From positions 1 through 64,000 of IMG/VR virus record IMGVR_UViG_3300031419_000013: a stretch of DNA of 64,000 nucleotides, one strand, 5' to 3'. This document shows positions 1 through 9,257 of the stretch, piece by piece. The notes below the pieces were generated by a model. That model made no database searches. It saw nothing but the letters and a program-made list of their open reading frames with translations, and had not been told where the DNA came from. Both the position numbers and the translations under genes were made by a program. Numbering within the stretch: the stretch's first letter is position 1; each line of letters opens with the position of its first letter. Origin of the DNA: a virus.

Positions 1-1
1 C

Positions 2-127
2 CAAAACAGCACAGCACGTACTAACGTAATGATTCGTGGTCGTGATGGTAAGTTCATCAGTTATAAGAACGTACCTGAGTTGTTTGATGCTGTCCTTTCT
101 TTAAAGCCTTTCCCTCTCGGTGAATAA
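2..127 (+). CDS. 3' end of an ORF entering from upstream (hypothetical, partial)
   Basis: Open frame from window edge to TAA 125-127; no motif recognised. Confidence 0.3.
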   Translation, partial: QNSTARTNVMIRGRDGKFISYKNVPELFDAVLSLKPFPLGE

Positions 128-129
128 CT

Positions 130-366
130 ATGATTGAACGTGATATGGGACATTACATAGTTATCAATCGTAAAGACTTAGAAGACTATGTAAACGACTA
201 CGGAAAAGATAGTTTACAACTTATCTTGGAAGTTATCAAAAGAGGTCGTCGTGAAGATGGTAAACCTCTAAGAGATTATGTTTTAGTCTCTGATAAACGA
301 CCAGCCTTGTATGAAGAGGTATGGGAGTTGGTTCTCAAAGCTATTGAGGAAGAAACTAATGCCTAA
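130..366 (+). CDS. hypothetical protein (78 aa)
   Basis: ORF track; tight packing, stop overlaps next start (ATGCCTAA). Confidence 0.55.
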   Translation: MIERDMGHYIVINRKDLEDYVNDYGKDSLQLILEVIKRGRREDGKPLRDYVLVSDKRPALYEEVWELVLKAIEEETNA

Positions 367-907
367 GTATTACACTGGAATCGGTAGTCGTGAGACACCT
401 CCAGAAATCTTGCAGGCTATGGAAACAGTTGCCAATTGGTGCGCCATTGAAGGAGTAATCCTTAGAAGTGGTGCTGCTGATGGAGCTGACTCTGCTTTTG
501 AAAAAGGTTGTGATGCTGTGCAAGGGGAGAAAGAAATTTACATCCCTTGGAACAACTTCCATGGTAGGTCAGTAAGAGAGGAGGGCGTTTACTCCAGAGG
601 AAGTGATCAAAACTCTTCCGCTATTGCTTATACTCTACACCCTGTTTTCTCAAACCTAAGTGTTGGTGCTCAATTACTGCACACAAGAAACGTGAATCAG
701 GTTCTAGGGAAAGATGCTTCTAACCCTGAGCTGAGCCACTTCTTAGTGTATTATGCCCCTAGAACTCGTGCTGGAGCTGTTAAAGGTGGTACAGCTACTG
801 CTGTTAAGTTAGCAGAGAGTCGTGGTGTTCCTTGTTGGAATCTTTGGGATAATAGTGATCTTGCTGAACTACGGGGTTGGGTCAACGAACAGTTCGAACG
901 GGAGTAA
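359..907 (+). CDS. DprA/Smf-like SLOG-fold protein
   Basis: MPKYYTGIGSRETP...LRSGAADGADSAFEKG motif; start moved to ATG 359 overlapping upstream stop. Confidence 0.6.
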   Translation: MPKYYTGIGSRETPPEILQAMETVANWCAIEGVILRSGAADGADSAFEKGCDAVQGEKEIYIPWNNFHGRSVREEGVYSRGSDQNSSAIAYTLHPVFSNLSVGAQLLHTRNVNQVLGKDASNPELSHFLVYYAPRTRAGAVKGGTATAVKLAESRGVPCWNLWDNSDLAELRGWVNEQFERE

Positions 908-908
908 T

Positions 909-1073
909 ATGCAAGATATTTTTATCTGGCCGGATGATTCTTGGGTCTATCGTGAAGATTATAGTTGGGAAGAATATAAATTCCTAGGGGATGACTTTCG
1001 GGTTGTCCCTGAAGGTACTTCTGAGTGGCAATCTATTGTAGATGGAGGGACTTTTGATAAGCTATTCTTTTGA
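909..1073 (+). CDS. hypothetical protein (54 aa)
   Basis: ATG 909 directly after upstream stop (TAATATG); in frame with track ORF 822..1073. Confidence 0.45.
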   Translation: MQDIFIWPDDSWVYREDYSWEEYKFLGDDFRVVPEGTSEWQSIVDGGTFDKLFF

Positions 1074-1362
1074 AGAGGAACTCCGTCGTCGATTTTTAGA
1101 AATGAGAGATCTTAAAAAAGCTAACTTACTTGCAGAACAAAGAGTCCTTGCACTTGAGGATGTAGTCTCTAGGTTAGAAGATGCAGTTAGAAATCTTGGT
1201 GGAGAGCTTGAGTTTAATCTCGTCAAACGAGAGCTTGAAACACCTATTAATAACGAGATCTTTCATATATGTTGTTGGGAACCTTTCCTCAGAGGTTGGG
1301 TAGAAACAAAACATGAAATTGTAGGTCACTTGAGTGTAGGTGATGAGTCAAGTATAAAATAA
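1042..1362 (+). CDS. hypothetical coiled-coil protein
   Basis: ORF track; start uncertain (alternative ATG 1102). Confidence 0.4.
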   Translation: MEGLLISYSFEEELRRRFLEMRDLKKANLLAEQRVLALEDVVSRLEDAVRNLGGELEFNLVKRELETPINNEIFHICCWEPFLRGWVETKHEIVGHLSVGDESSIK

Positions 1363-1377
1363 GGAACATTTAGGTAC

Positions 1378-3225
1378 ATGGAGAGTGAAAAGAATGTGAA
1401 CTATGACCCATTCAAAATTGAAATGTGTGTAGCAGATATTATCAGTAAGCAGGCTAAGCACGGAGTAGATTTTAATGGTCGTCAAGCACGTTGGTTTGTT
1501 CATGTTCTGACTGAGTATATTCTCAAGTTAGATCTTGAATTAATTCCTCTCCTACCCAAAATGCGTCTCGATGGCACCTCGTACAGAAAACCATTCAAAT
1601 TGAATGGAGAACTCAGCAAATGGCCAAAAGAGTATGCTGAAAGGGTGGGCTTGAGTCGAGAAGAAATCGGTGGGCCGTTTACGGCTGTAGAGTTTGTTGA
1701 TTTCGACCCGTCAAAAACACAACGTGTAAAAGAAGCTCTGATGAATGAGGGATTTCTTCCTCCAGAGTGGAACACCACTAAGAAGCCGTGGAATGTCCAT
1801 GACTTCAGACGTGAACTTCAACGGTCCAGTTATTCAGATTGGATTGAATCCTACAGAAGAGGTAATCAGAAAGAGCGTCAGATTGCTGAAATGGTAGATG
1901 CGGATATTAATAAATTTATCCAAAAGCATTTTAAAAGCCGTTCAGTTAATTATATGAAAGCTATTCTTTACGGTTTAGGTTTTAACGTTAAAACCAGACC
2001 ACCGACTTTTGATCAAATCAAAAAGAAACTTGCGTTATCTGACAAGTGGATTACGATGCCAAAAGACTTGGAAGAAACCTTAGATGAAAGTCTAGGTGGT
2101 GATCTAGGTCGTGTAGGCGGTCTGCTTAAGAAACGTATGGTTGCTGCTCACCGTATGGGTCTTATTAAAGGACTCATCGACAAGGAACGTAAAGATGGCA
2201 AGCTTTCAGCGGATGCTAACTCTTGCGCTACTCCAACTTTCAGGTTTAAGCACCGTGTTGTGGTTAATATCCCATCACGGGGATTCTTTGGTCATGAGTG
2301 CCGCAGCTTATTCCAATCTGATAGGAATTTTGACGACCATCACTCTACTTCTTTTATTATCACTAACACTGTGCCAGACGGTTGCTACGTCAAGAAAGGT
2401 ACTAATGTTATTTATGAGCCGGGTAAACCGGGCAAGGCAGATAAACCAGTAGGTCAACTTCATTATTACGTTCCACAGGGACGTGAAGTGTTTGTTGGTT
2501 ATGATGGTTCAGGTCTTGAGCTTCGTATGTTGGCTCACTATCTGATTGCTGAATGTAGAGCAATGCTTGCTGAAGCGATTGCAGAAGATAATCCTTCTAA
2601 GAAAGCTACAGCAGAACGTGGTTTAGCATCAGCTATTCTGTATCGTGATATCCTTCTTGATGGTGATATTCACACTCATAATATGAAACTGGCAGGTCTG
2701 CCAACTCGTGATAATGCTAAGACGTTTATCTATGCATTTAACTATGGCGCTGGCAACCTTAAGTTAGGTTCTATCGTTGGTGGTGGTGCTGATGAAGGTC
2801 TGATTATGCGTGAACGTTTTCTCGCTGAGAATCCTTGTATTGCGATCCTGATTGAACGTATGACAGAGAAAGCTAAGAAGGGTTTCATTATCGGTATTGA
2901 CGGTCGTAAGATTACAATGCGTCGTGATGCTCAGGGTAAAGTAATGACCCATAAGGCGTTAAATACGCTGTTACAGAGTGCTGGTGCGATTGTAATGAAG
3001 TATGCGATGGTCTTCTTAGATAAGTGGATTAAACGTGATGGCATTCGTTGTGCGAAGGTTATTGACATGCATGATGAAGGTCAGTTCTCTTGTCACAGAG
3101 AAGATGTAACAAACCTTTGTGACTTAATGAAACTGTGTGTGAAACGTGCTGGCGAATATCTGGAGATGGAGTGTCCATTAGCTTCTGATTGTCAGATTGG
3201 TCGTAACTGGTTACACACCCACTAA
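1378..3225 (+). CDS. DNA polymerase, family A (Pol I-like)
   Basis: Motif A YDGSGLELRMLAHY, motif B KTFIYAFNYGAG, motif C DMHDEGQ. Confidence 0.9.
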   Translation: MESEKNVNYDPFKIEMCVADIISKQAKHGVDFNGRQARWFVHVLTEYILKLDLELIPLLPKMRLDGTSYRKPFKLNGELSKWPKEYAERVGLSREEIGGPFTAVEFVDFDPSKTQRVKEALMNEGFLPPEWNTTKKPWNVHDFRRELQRSSYSDWIESYRRGNQKERQIAEMVDADINKFIQKHFKSRSVNYMKAILYGLGFNVKTRPPTFDQIKKKLALSDKWITMPKDLEETLDESLGGDLGRVGGLLKKRMVAAHRMGLIKGLIDKERKDGKLSADANSCATPTFRFKHRVVVNIPSRGFFGHECRSLFQSDRNFDDHHSTSFIITNTVPDGCYVKKGTNVIYEPGKPGKADKPVGQLHYYVPQGREVFVGYDGSGLELRMLAHYLIAECRAMLAEAIAEDNPSKKATAERGLASAILYRDILLDGDIHTHNMKLAGLPTRDNAKTFIYAFNYGAGNLKLGSIVGGGADEGLIMRERFLAENPCIAILIERMTEKAKKGFIIGIDGRKITMRRDAQGKVMTHKALNTLLQSAGAIVMKYAMVFLDKWIKRDGIRCAKVIDMHDEGQFSCHREDVTNLCDLMKLCVKRAGEYLEMECPLASDCQIGRNWLHTH

Positions 3226-3265
3226 TAGAAGGAGGGGAAACCCTCCAATCTCCTTTGGAAAATAT

Positions 3266-3469
3266 ATGGAAAATTTAATCGGTAAAAAATCTTGGCAAGT
3301 TATTACAACTTGGGAGGATGGGAGTGTTATTGTTTGTGAGTTTAAGACTCGGAAGGAAGCAAGAGCTTCAAAAGCTAGATTCCTAAATCACAAAAAAGAA
3401 TCTAAAATTTATAAAAAAGTAGTGATACATGAAGATGGTCTGCAACATTACCTTAAACCTAGTCACTAA
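3266..3469 (+). CDS. hypothetical protein (67 aa)
   Basis: ATG 3266 in frame with track ORF 3197..3469, downstream of hairpin GGAGGGGAAACCCTCC. Confidence 0.5.
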   Translation: MENLIGKKSWQVITTWEDGSVIVCEFKTRKEARASKARFLNHKKESKIYKKVVIHEDGLQHYLKPSH

Positions 3470-3481
3470 TAGAGAAAACAA

Positions 3482-3703
3482 ATGAAACGATATTGGTGGA
3501 TTCTGGATGAGTGGGATATTCTTAACGTATTCGATTCAACAGAGGTATATAACCATGCTAGAAAACATGTTCATGGCTGCATGACGTGTGACACCTTCAC
3601 TGTCGGAGCTTTCAACGCTGAAAACGTAGAAGGTTGTTGGACAATGGAGGAAGTTCTATTGTGGGAAGATGGAATAAAGAAAGAGATTGATAAGGATACC
3701 TAA
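3482..3703 (+). CDS. hypothetical protein (73 aa)
   Basis: ORF track; stop overlaps next start (TAATG). Confidence 0.55.
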   Translation: MKRYWWILDEWDILNVFDSTEVYNHARKHVHGCMTCDTFTVGAFNAENVEGCWTMEEVLLWEDGIKKEIDKDT

Positions 3704-3915
3704 TGGGTACAGATCTTATAGGATTCATTTATATAACCGATGTTTGTCCTCGATTTGAAATAGAAACTGAACCAGCAGATGAGTACGAAGTGTACCGTCG
3801 CTATCATGAAAAACTTATTTCAACAATTCCAGTATATTCAAGCAAGGATGATTATGTTGTACTATTATCACACTTACAAAGTTTCGAGCGGGAAAGATCA
3901 GAAGATGATCTCTAA
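3703..3915 (+). CDS. hypothetical protein (70 aa)
   Basis: ORF track; ATG overlaps upstream stop. Confidence 0.5.
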   Translation: MGTDLIGFIYITDVCPRFEIETEPADEYEVYRRYHEKLISTIPVYSSKDDYVVLLSHLQSFERERSEDDL

Positions 3916-4001
3916 GATCTATCTGGATGAAAAAGTCGCTCAAGAAAACCACCTATTGATGGGCGGTGTAATGAAAGTCTTACAGGAAGTGGAGACCGAC
4001 A

Positions 4002-4667
4002 ATGCCTAATAGAATTACATCTGCAAATGTACCAACTTGGAGAACAGCACCACGAAGATTTGATACACTTGCCCTCATGCAGAGCGGCGCACTTGACGCG
4101 GAAAATAACCCATTTGAACAGATTATGGGAAGGGGACATGCTTTCGAAGAAGCTATTGTCACTTGTCCAATCTGTCAGGAAAGAAAGCAATCGGTGTGGG
4201 GTTCTTGTCATAACGAGTTTTGTCTATCCGAACGTGTAAATGTTACAGTTTATGATCAAAGTGTATTTGAGCCTTTCGCTGTTTCAAACGGTACAGTTAG
4301 TATAAATCAAGACTTATTGACAGTGAGAGATTCCGCTGGTTCAAGAAGAGTTGCAATAGGTAATCTTGATAGAGACTTGACACAAGTATCGGGACGCAGT
4401 TTTCAATGGACTGTAGCTGATGAGCTTGACTCTGACGAAGACTCCGATGAAGGTATTGAGGAGGATTTTGATGAAGATGCAACAATCTCTGATCAACCCG
4501 TAAGCTTAAGAGTAGATTCACTAGAAGAGTCTGTCTCTGAAATCCGTAGGACTCTTGAGGGATGGATTATGGCTGATGGAGGTACTATATCAACTAGTGA
4601 TCGTTATTCAAATCTCAGAAGCTATATGAACAATTTCTACACAACAGCTTCTTCGCTTTATCGGTAA
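4002..4667 (+). CDS. hypothetical protein with Cys-rich zinc-finger-like segment and acidic tract
   Basis: CPICQERK...CHNEFC; DELDSDEDSDEGIEEDFDED. Confidence 0.55.
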   Translation: MPNRITSANVPTWRTAPRRFDTLALMQSGALDAENNPFEQIMGRGHAFEEAIVTCPICQERKQSVWGSCHNEFCLSERVNVTVYDQSVFEPFAVSNGTVSINQDLLTVRDSAGSRRVAIGNLDRDLTQVSGRSFQWTVADELDSDEDSDEGIEEDFDEDATISDQPVSLRVDSLEESVSEIRRTLEGWIMADGGTISTSDRYSNLRSYMNNFYTTASSLYR

Positions 4668-4683
4668 TCTAAAAGGATAAATT

Positions 4684-5121
4684 TTGGTAAAATTTGAACC
4701 TCTGAAAATAGCTATGGATTATGATGAAACCTTTAACGCTGATAAACAGATGTGGGCTACCATCATAAAGTTCATGATTGCTAATGGATGCGATGTAAGA
4801 TTCGTAACTTTTAGACATGAGTATCCTGCTACTTTCTCTAATGAAGATATTCTTCAAGACTCTGACAAATTAAACATCCCTATTATCTTCTGTGAAGGGG
4901 TTCAGAAAAGAGCTGTCACTGAGAGAAAAGGATTTAATCCTGATATTTGGATTGATGATAGTCCAGAGTTTATTCCTAATGAAGTTGAGTTAAGTAATCA
5001 ACTTTTACATATTCATAAAAAGGAAAGAAATCCTGTTGTTCCTAACAGTCAACTTACTGCAACTACTGTGACATCTTCTGTTTCTTCTTATCCAGAGGAA
5101 ACTTTAGTTATTCCTCGATAA
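4684..5121 (+). CDS. HAD-superfamily phosphatase/nucleotidase-like protein
   Basis: N-terminal DxDxT motif (IAMDYDET); TTG start per track, start uncertain. Confidence 0.5.
   Translation: MVKFEPLKIAMDYDETFNADKQMWATIIKFMIANGCDVRFVTFRHEYPATFSNEDILQDSDKLNIPIIFCEGVQKRAVTERKGFNPDIWIDDSPEFIPNEVELSNQLLHIHKKERNPVVPNSQLTATTVTSSVSSYPEETLVIPR
5061..5072 (+). promoter_or_regulatory. conserved phage motif variant (AACTACTGTGAC-A)
   Basis: 12-nt core inside the 3' end of the HAD-like ORF, 200 nt upstream of the SSB gene. Confidence 0.4.
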
Positions 5122-5271
5122 TGTGGAACTGTAGGTCTATACTATAAAATGGATAAAGCATATAGCTTAGCTTAGCTTTGATATGCTAGCTTTGCTAGAT
5201 GCTTCCAGTTAAGAAGCTAATAAAACTCTAGTTCAATGATGAACTCAATCTTTATAAGGAAATATTAATCT

Positions 5272-6018
5272 ATGTCTATGATCCCTGAATTCAACACTGG
5301 TTCTTCTTCTAAGAAATTCTCTTACAACGTTATTCCTGATGGTGAGTACGAAGCGCGTATTGTTCGTTTCATTGGTCTGGGTGTTCACAAACAAGATCCT
5401 TGGACTGACCCAAAAACTAAGGAAGTGAAAGAGAAACAGCCTGCATTCCGTGCAGATGTAACCTTTGAGTTGATTGGCTTGGATGCCACAGGTAAAGACG
5501 CAGAAGGTAAAGATCTGGAAGCTCGTCCAGCTTGTCAGTTCAAAACCTACCCTGTTAATCCTCGTGCTAAGAACTCTGGCATGTTGGATCTTTGCAAAAT
5601 GATTGACCCATCTATCACTGCTCTTAAGGGTGATCTGAATTGGTTCAAAGAGATTCTGTTAGGTCAGCCAGTAAACATTACTATTGGTCACTACGTCAAC
5701 AAAGCTGGCGAGACTAAAAATAAGATTGCTCGTATCGACCCAATCCCAACTAAGTATCGTGCAGCGGTTGGTGATGCTCGTACAGATCTGGTGTTCTTCG
5801 ACCCGTATGCTAGCAACGATGAAAGCAACGCTTCTTACAACAAAATCTACCCATATCAGCGTAACCTGCTGACTGAATCACTGGATACTAAAAATATTCC
5901 ACTGGCAGGTAAAGAAGTTGTATCAGCAGCAGCTACAGAAATGCAGCAGCCGAAACCAACGATTGCTACTGTGGACAAAGAGCCTGAAGTTGCATTCGAC
6001 GATGACGTTCCATTTTAA
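5272..6018 (+). CDS. single-stranded DNA-binding protein
   Basis: C-terminal acidic tail FDDDVPF (cf. E. coli SSB DDDIPF); sits in replication module. Confidence 0.7.
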   Translation: MSMIPEFNTGSSSKKFSYNVIPDGEYEARIVRFIGLGVHKQDPWTDPKTKEVKEKQPAFRADVTFELIGLDATGKDAEGKDLEARPACQFKTYPVNPRAKNSGMLDLCKMIDPSITALKGDLNWFKEILLGQPVNITIGHYVNKAGETKNKIARIDPIPTKYRAAVGDARTDLVFFDPYASNDESNASYNKIYPYQRNLLTESLDTKNIPLAGKEVVSAAATEMQQPKPTIATVDKEPEVAFDDDVPF

Positions 6019-6021
6019 TAG

Positions 6022-6423
6022 ATGATAATAGAGGCTGCCATTATGGTGGCCTTTTTCTTTTTAGGAATAGTCATTATGTTTAACAGATGTTCTTTCTGTA
6101 AGCGTTTATATGTTTTCCAAATCTCTTGCTTTAGTTGTGAAGATAATCACAGACGTAAGAAGATTGAAGAAGACAACCTCCGAAAGTATTATGCACATCA
6201 TTTTAAAAGGATAGCCGATATGAATAACACAGCAACAGCAGCACGTCGTCGTGAAGAAGAAGCTCGTCGTCGTAATCGTAACAGCAGTTCTATCCCGACT
6301 TCTAATTCAGTGTTAGACGGTACAGTGTATACTGGATACAATAACAGCTACTCAGATAGCTCTTCCGATAATTGTAGTCCCTCTGATTCCTCTAGCTCGC
6401 CTTCTAGCTCATGTGATTTCTAA
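6022..6423 (+). CDS. membrane protein with Cys cluster and Ser-rich tail
   Basis: N-terminal TM AAIMVAFFFLGIVIMF; CSFCKR...CFSCEDNH; Ser-rich C-terminus. Confidence 0.5.
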   Translation: MIIEAAIMVAFFFLGIVIMFNRCSFCKRLYVFQISCFSCEDNHRRKKIEEDNLRKYYAHHFKRIADMNNTATAARRREEEARRRNRNSSSIPTSNSVLDGTVYTGYNNSYSDSSSDNCSPSDSSSSPSSSCDF

Positions 6424-6425
6424 TT

Positions 6426-6629
6426 ATGAGTAATAGCCTCCAAAGTCAACTAGCCTTTGCTAAGAATCGAATTCGTCTCTTACAAGACGCACTCTATGAA
6501 TATCAGAGGGAGTGTCACAGGGCTACTAATAAAAAGTTGGATGAACAGTTAGAAATTAATCAGATGTTAACTGAGTATGTTATTCAATTGGAGGATGAAC
6601 TGGATGCAATTAAACAGCGCAACAGTTGA
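6426..6629 (+). CDS. hypothetical coiled-coil protein (67 aa)
   Basis: ORF track. Confidence 0.5.
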   Translation: MSNSLQSQLAFAKNRIRLLQDALYEYQRECHRATNKKLDEQLEINQMLTEYVIQLEDELDAIKQRNS

Positions 6630-6972
6630 TAGAGTTCTTTATCTTACAATGTTCTTAGTTGCTGTTGGTATTGGTTATTACATTAAAGGTCTTGTTATTG
6701 ATAAAGATGCTTTAGCGCAAGAGAAGATCTCACAGCAGATTGCACAGAGACAAGATGAAGCAGCTAATAAAGTTGCCACCAAGGTTCTTGATAATCTTAG
6801 TGCTTGGAAACAAAACACACGGGATGTAGTTAAGGAGATGCACTTTGAAACAACTAATCCGGTTTTCGTTAATGTCTGTGCTACTGATAACTATGTCAGC
6901 TTGTTCAATCAACGGCAGCAGCAAGCAAGAAAGGCTCTTGCCGGTGAACTTGAAAGAAAAGTGCAGGATTGA
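6604..6972 (+). CDS. i-spanin (Rz-like)
   Basis: N-terminal TM VLYLTMFLVAVGIGYYI then coiled coil; GGAGG 9 nt upstream of ATG 6604; contains overlapped lipoprotein ORF. Confidence 0.6.
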   Translation: MQLNSATVDRVLYLTMFLVAVGIGYYIKGLVIDKDALAQEKISQQIAQRQDEAANKVATKVLDNLSAWKQNTRDVVKEMHFETTNPVFVNVCATDNYVSLFNQRQQQARKALAGELERKVQD

Positions 6973-7105
6973 TGTTCCCGATTTAAGCGGTCCAAGAGGA
7001 GTTGACTTAACCCTCGTAAACGACTGGTATCAAGAAGAATACACTGAGTGTGCTGCTAATCATAATGGATTAATTGACGCTCTAAGTGAGCGAGGTATTA
7101 ACTAA
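6845..7105 (+). CDS. o-spanin (Rz1-like lipoprotein), overlapped architecture
   Basis: Signal MKQLIRFSLMSVLLITMSAC with lipobox Cys; begins inside and extends past the Rz-like ORF in another frame; TTG start (alt ATG 6872). Confidence 0.6.
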   Translation: MKQLIRFSLMSVLLITMSACSINGSSKQERLLPVNLKEKCRIDVPDLSGPRGVDLTLVNDWYQEEYTECAANHNGLIDALSERGIN

Positions 7106-7338
7106 TGGCAATTAAGTTTACTAAACATCAGCCAAAGTCTGGAACATTTTCAGTGGTCTGGGAGTTTGAAGGTCAAGTTTGGTCCAGTACTTTTAGCAAT
7201 AGAAAAGGATTATGGTACAAATATTATAGTAGTGATAGTGGTGATTCTTGGACTCATATTGAAAGTCCAGATCATAATATCCCTTCTAGTAACCCAAAAG
7301 TTACAGGTATTAAATATGCAGTTATCCGAGAAGGGTGA
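7105..7338 (+). CDS. hypothetical protein (77 aa)
   Basis: ORF track; ATG overlaps upstream stop. Confidence 0.5.
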   Translation: MAIKFTKHQPKSGTFSVVWEFEGQVWSSTFSNRKGLWYKYYSSDSGDSWTHIESPDHNIPSSNPKVTGIKYAVIREG

Positions 7339-7645
7339 TGTATTAAACTTCTATAAGCTTGGATGTAGAGTACCGAAAGGGGCAATCTATATTGGTCGCC
7401 CTAATTATAAGTGGGGTTTGAAGGGTTCTAAGTTTCAGAATCCTTATAGCCTTGAGAAGTACACCAGAGAAAAGGCGATTGAGAAATACAAGAACTGGCT
7501 CTGGAATGAAATTAAAATAGGTCATATAACAATTCAAGAACTTGCCAACATGAAAGGCAGAGATTTGGTTTGTTATTGTAGTCCTCAAGAATGTCATGGA
7601 GACGTTCTGTTAAAAGCTATCGAATGGGCTGATAGTAAAGTTTAA
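7316..7645 (+). CDS. DUF4326-like protein
   Basis: GRPNYKWG...FQNPY...YKNWL...DLVCYCSPQECHGDVLL pattern; start moved to ATG 7316. Confidence 0.5.
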   Translation: MQLSEKGDVLNFYKLGCRVPKGAIYIGRPNYKWGLKGSKFQNPYSLEKYTREKAIEKYKNWLWNEIKIGHITIQELANMKGRDLVCYCSPQECHGDVLLKAIEWADSKV

Positions 7646-7656
7646 AAGGAATTAAA

Positions 7657-7827
7657 ATGTTCTTAGTGTTTGCTGGACAAGATAATAGTCTTGGTGGTTG
7701 GAAAGATTTTATAGAGTCTTTTAATAATGAAGAACTTTCTATTTCTTATGCCAATAGGCTTCTTTCTCAATACGATTGGTCACATGTAGTTGAATTAGAA
7801 ACTGGCAAAATTATCTGGAAAAGTTAA
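7657..7827 (+). CDS. hypothetical protein (56 aa)
   Basis: ORF below track cutoff found by reading; fills gap between flanking genes. Confidence 0.4.
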   Translation: MFLVFAGQDNSLGGWKDFIESFNNEELSISYANRLLSQYDWSHVVELETGKIIWKS

Positions 7828-7842
7828 TGACATGGAGGTCAT

Positions 7843-8490
7843 ATGGCTGGTAAAACAACAGCAACACGGTATCGTATTCACGGTATTCCTATTGAGTATC
7901 GAGATACATACACAGATTTCTATAAAAAGAACTGGCCGATTGTTCACAAGTTTTTCATGTATGATTTGAAAGATTATCATGAGGCTGAAGATATTACGCA
8001 AGAGATCTTCATTAACGTATGGAGATTCATTTTTGAACGTCAGGACCGTATCTACCGTCTGTTGCCGTCTCATCAAGAGAATATGACTTATCAGGTGAAG
8101 AACATCATCTGGTCTATTCGCTCGAATCGTAATACAATGTTGGAACGTCGTATTGATGTGCTCACTGAGAGTATGATGTTTGATAATCCAAACAGTGATG
8201 AAACCCCTCTGGAAACGGCTGTAAACCGCTGTCATAGTGTAGGTGATCCATTCACTGAGTCAAGAGTCTACTTCTTCTTAGAAGACCTTCAAGACGCTTT
8301 TAGCGATAAGAAAGTAAGTGACATGTTCACTCTTATGTTCTTAGGATTCTCCCATGATGAGATTCAGCAGAAATTGCATATCTCTCACGGAACATTCTAT
8401 CGTCGTTACAAAGAATATAAGACGAAGTATGAAACAATTTCTTTACGTCACTTTTCTTCAGAGGAGATGGAACTTCATGATGGTAGTTAA
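7843..8490 (+). CDS. RNA polymerase sigma factor, ECF-like
   Basis: Region 2-like EAEDITQEIFINVWRF; region 4 HTH-like LGFSHDEIQQKLHISHGTFYRRYKEYK; GGAGG RBS. Confidence 0.65.
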   Translation: MAGKTTATRYRIHGIPIEYRDTYTDFYKKNWPIVHKFFMYDLKDYHEAEDITQEIFINVWRFIFERQDRIYRLLPSHQENMTYQVKNIIWSIRSNRNTMLERRIDVLTESMMFDNPNSDETPLETAVNRCHSVGDPFTESRVYFFLEDLQDAFSDKKVSDMFTLMFLGFSHDEIQQKLHISHGTFYRRYKEYKTKYETISLRHFSSEEMELHDGS

Positions 8491-8671
8491 GAGTTTTGAT
8501 TTTTATGATATTGTCTATGTTAAGTATGTCCAACAGTATTGGATTATTAACAAACAGCAGGATGTAAAAGAAGGGGATGGTAAGAACCTCCCCGAAGCAA
8601 TCGCTTTAGCAGAAGCTTTAGACGGTGCTCTTAAACGTTTCATTCTTGAGGAAGTAGGTAGTGACGAATAA
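8477..8671 (+). CDS. hypothetical protein (64 aa)
   Basis: ATG 8477 overlapping sigma gene end; in frame with track ORF 8354..8671. Confidence 0.45.
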   Translation: MMVVKSFDFYDIVYVKYVQQYWIINKQQDVKEGDGKNLPEAIALAEALDGALKRFILEEVGSDE

Positions 8672-9257
8672 GATTGTTGTTCTGAATGGACCTCCGGGTT
8701 GTGGTAAAGATACCATCGGACTTGTTGCAGCAGATGAATGGAGCTATGCTCCTATCTCTTTTAAGGAGCCTATGTTTGTAATGGCTGCTGCTACTATCGG
8801 TATGGATTTGGTAGAGTTTAAGCAGAACTATGATAATCGTGAGTGGAAAGAAAGACCACGAGAGGAATGGGGAGGCAAGTCTATAAGGGATCTCTTAATT
8901 GCAATTAGTGAAAACTACATCAAACCTTTCTTCGGAAATGAATATTTTGGTCGTAAGGTTGCAGATACTATCCTTAAAAATCAGCCCTTTCTACGATATT
9001 ATGTCGCTACTGACGGCGGTTTTTATGATGAAATTAATGCCTTAATCAAGGAAGATATTAAGGTTTATATCGTTCACATGTATCGTGACGGTTGTACTTT
9101 TGAGGGTGACTCTCGTTCTTATATCAATCATCCAGAGGCAGTTACTCTGAGATTAGATAATAATGGAACAATCGAGGAAACCGTCAATGAACTGACAAGG
9201 ATGTTACAACAAAATGGACTCCCTATTAGCACAGGGCACGGTGATCCCGTCCTATGA
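8661..9257 (+). CDS. P-loop kinase (dNMP kinase-like)
   Basis: Walker A VLNGPPGCGKDT near N-terminus; GTG start per track. Confidence 0.6.
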   Translation: MTNKIVVLNGPPGCGKDTIGLVAADEWSYAPISFKEPMFVMAAATIGMDLVEFKQNYDNREWKERPREEWGGKSIRDLLIAISENYIKPFFGNEYFGRKVADTILKNQPFLRYYVATDGGFYDEINALIKEDIKVYIVHMYRDGCTFEGDSRSYINHPEAVTLRLDNNGTIEETVNELTRMLQQNGLPISTGHGDPVL

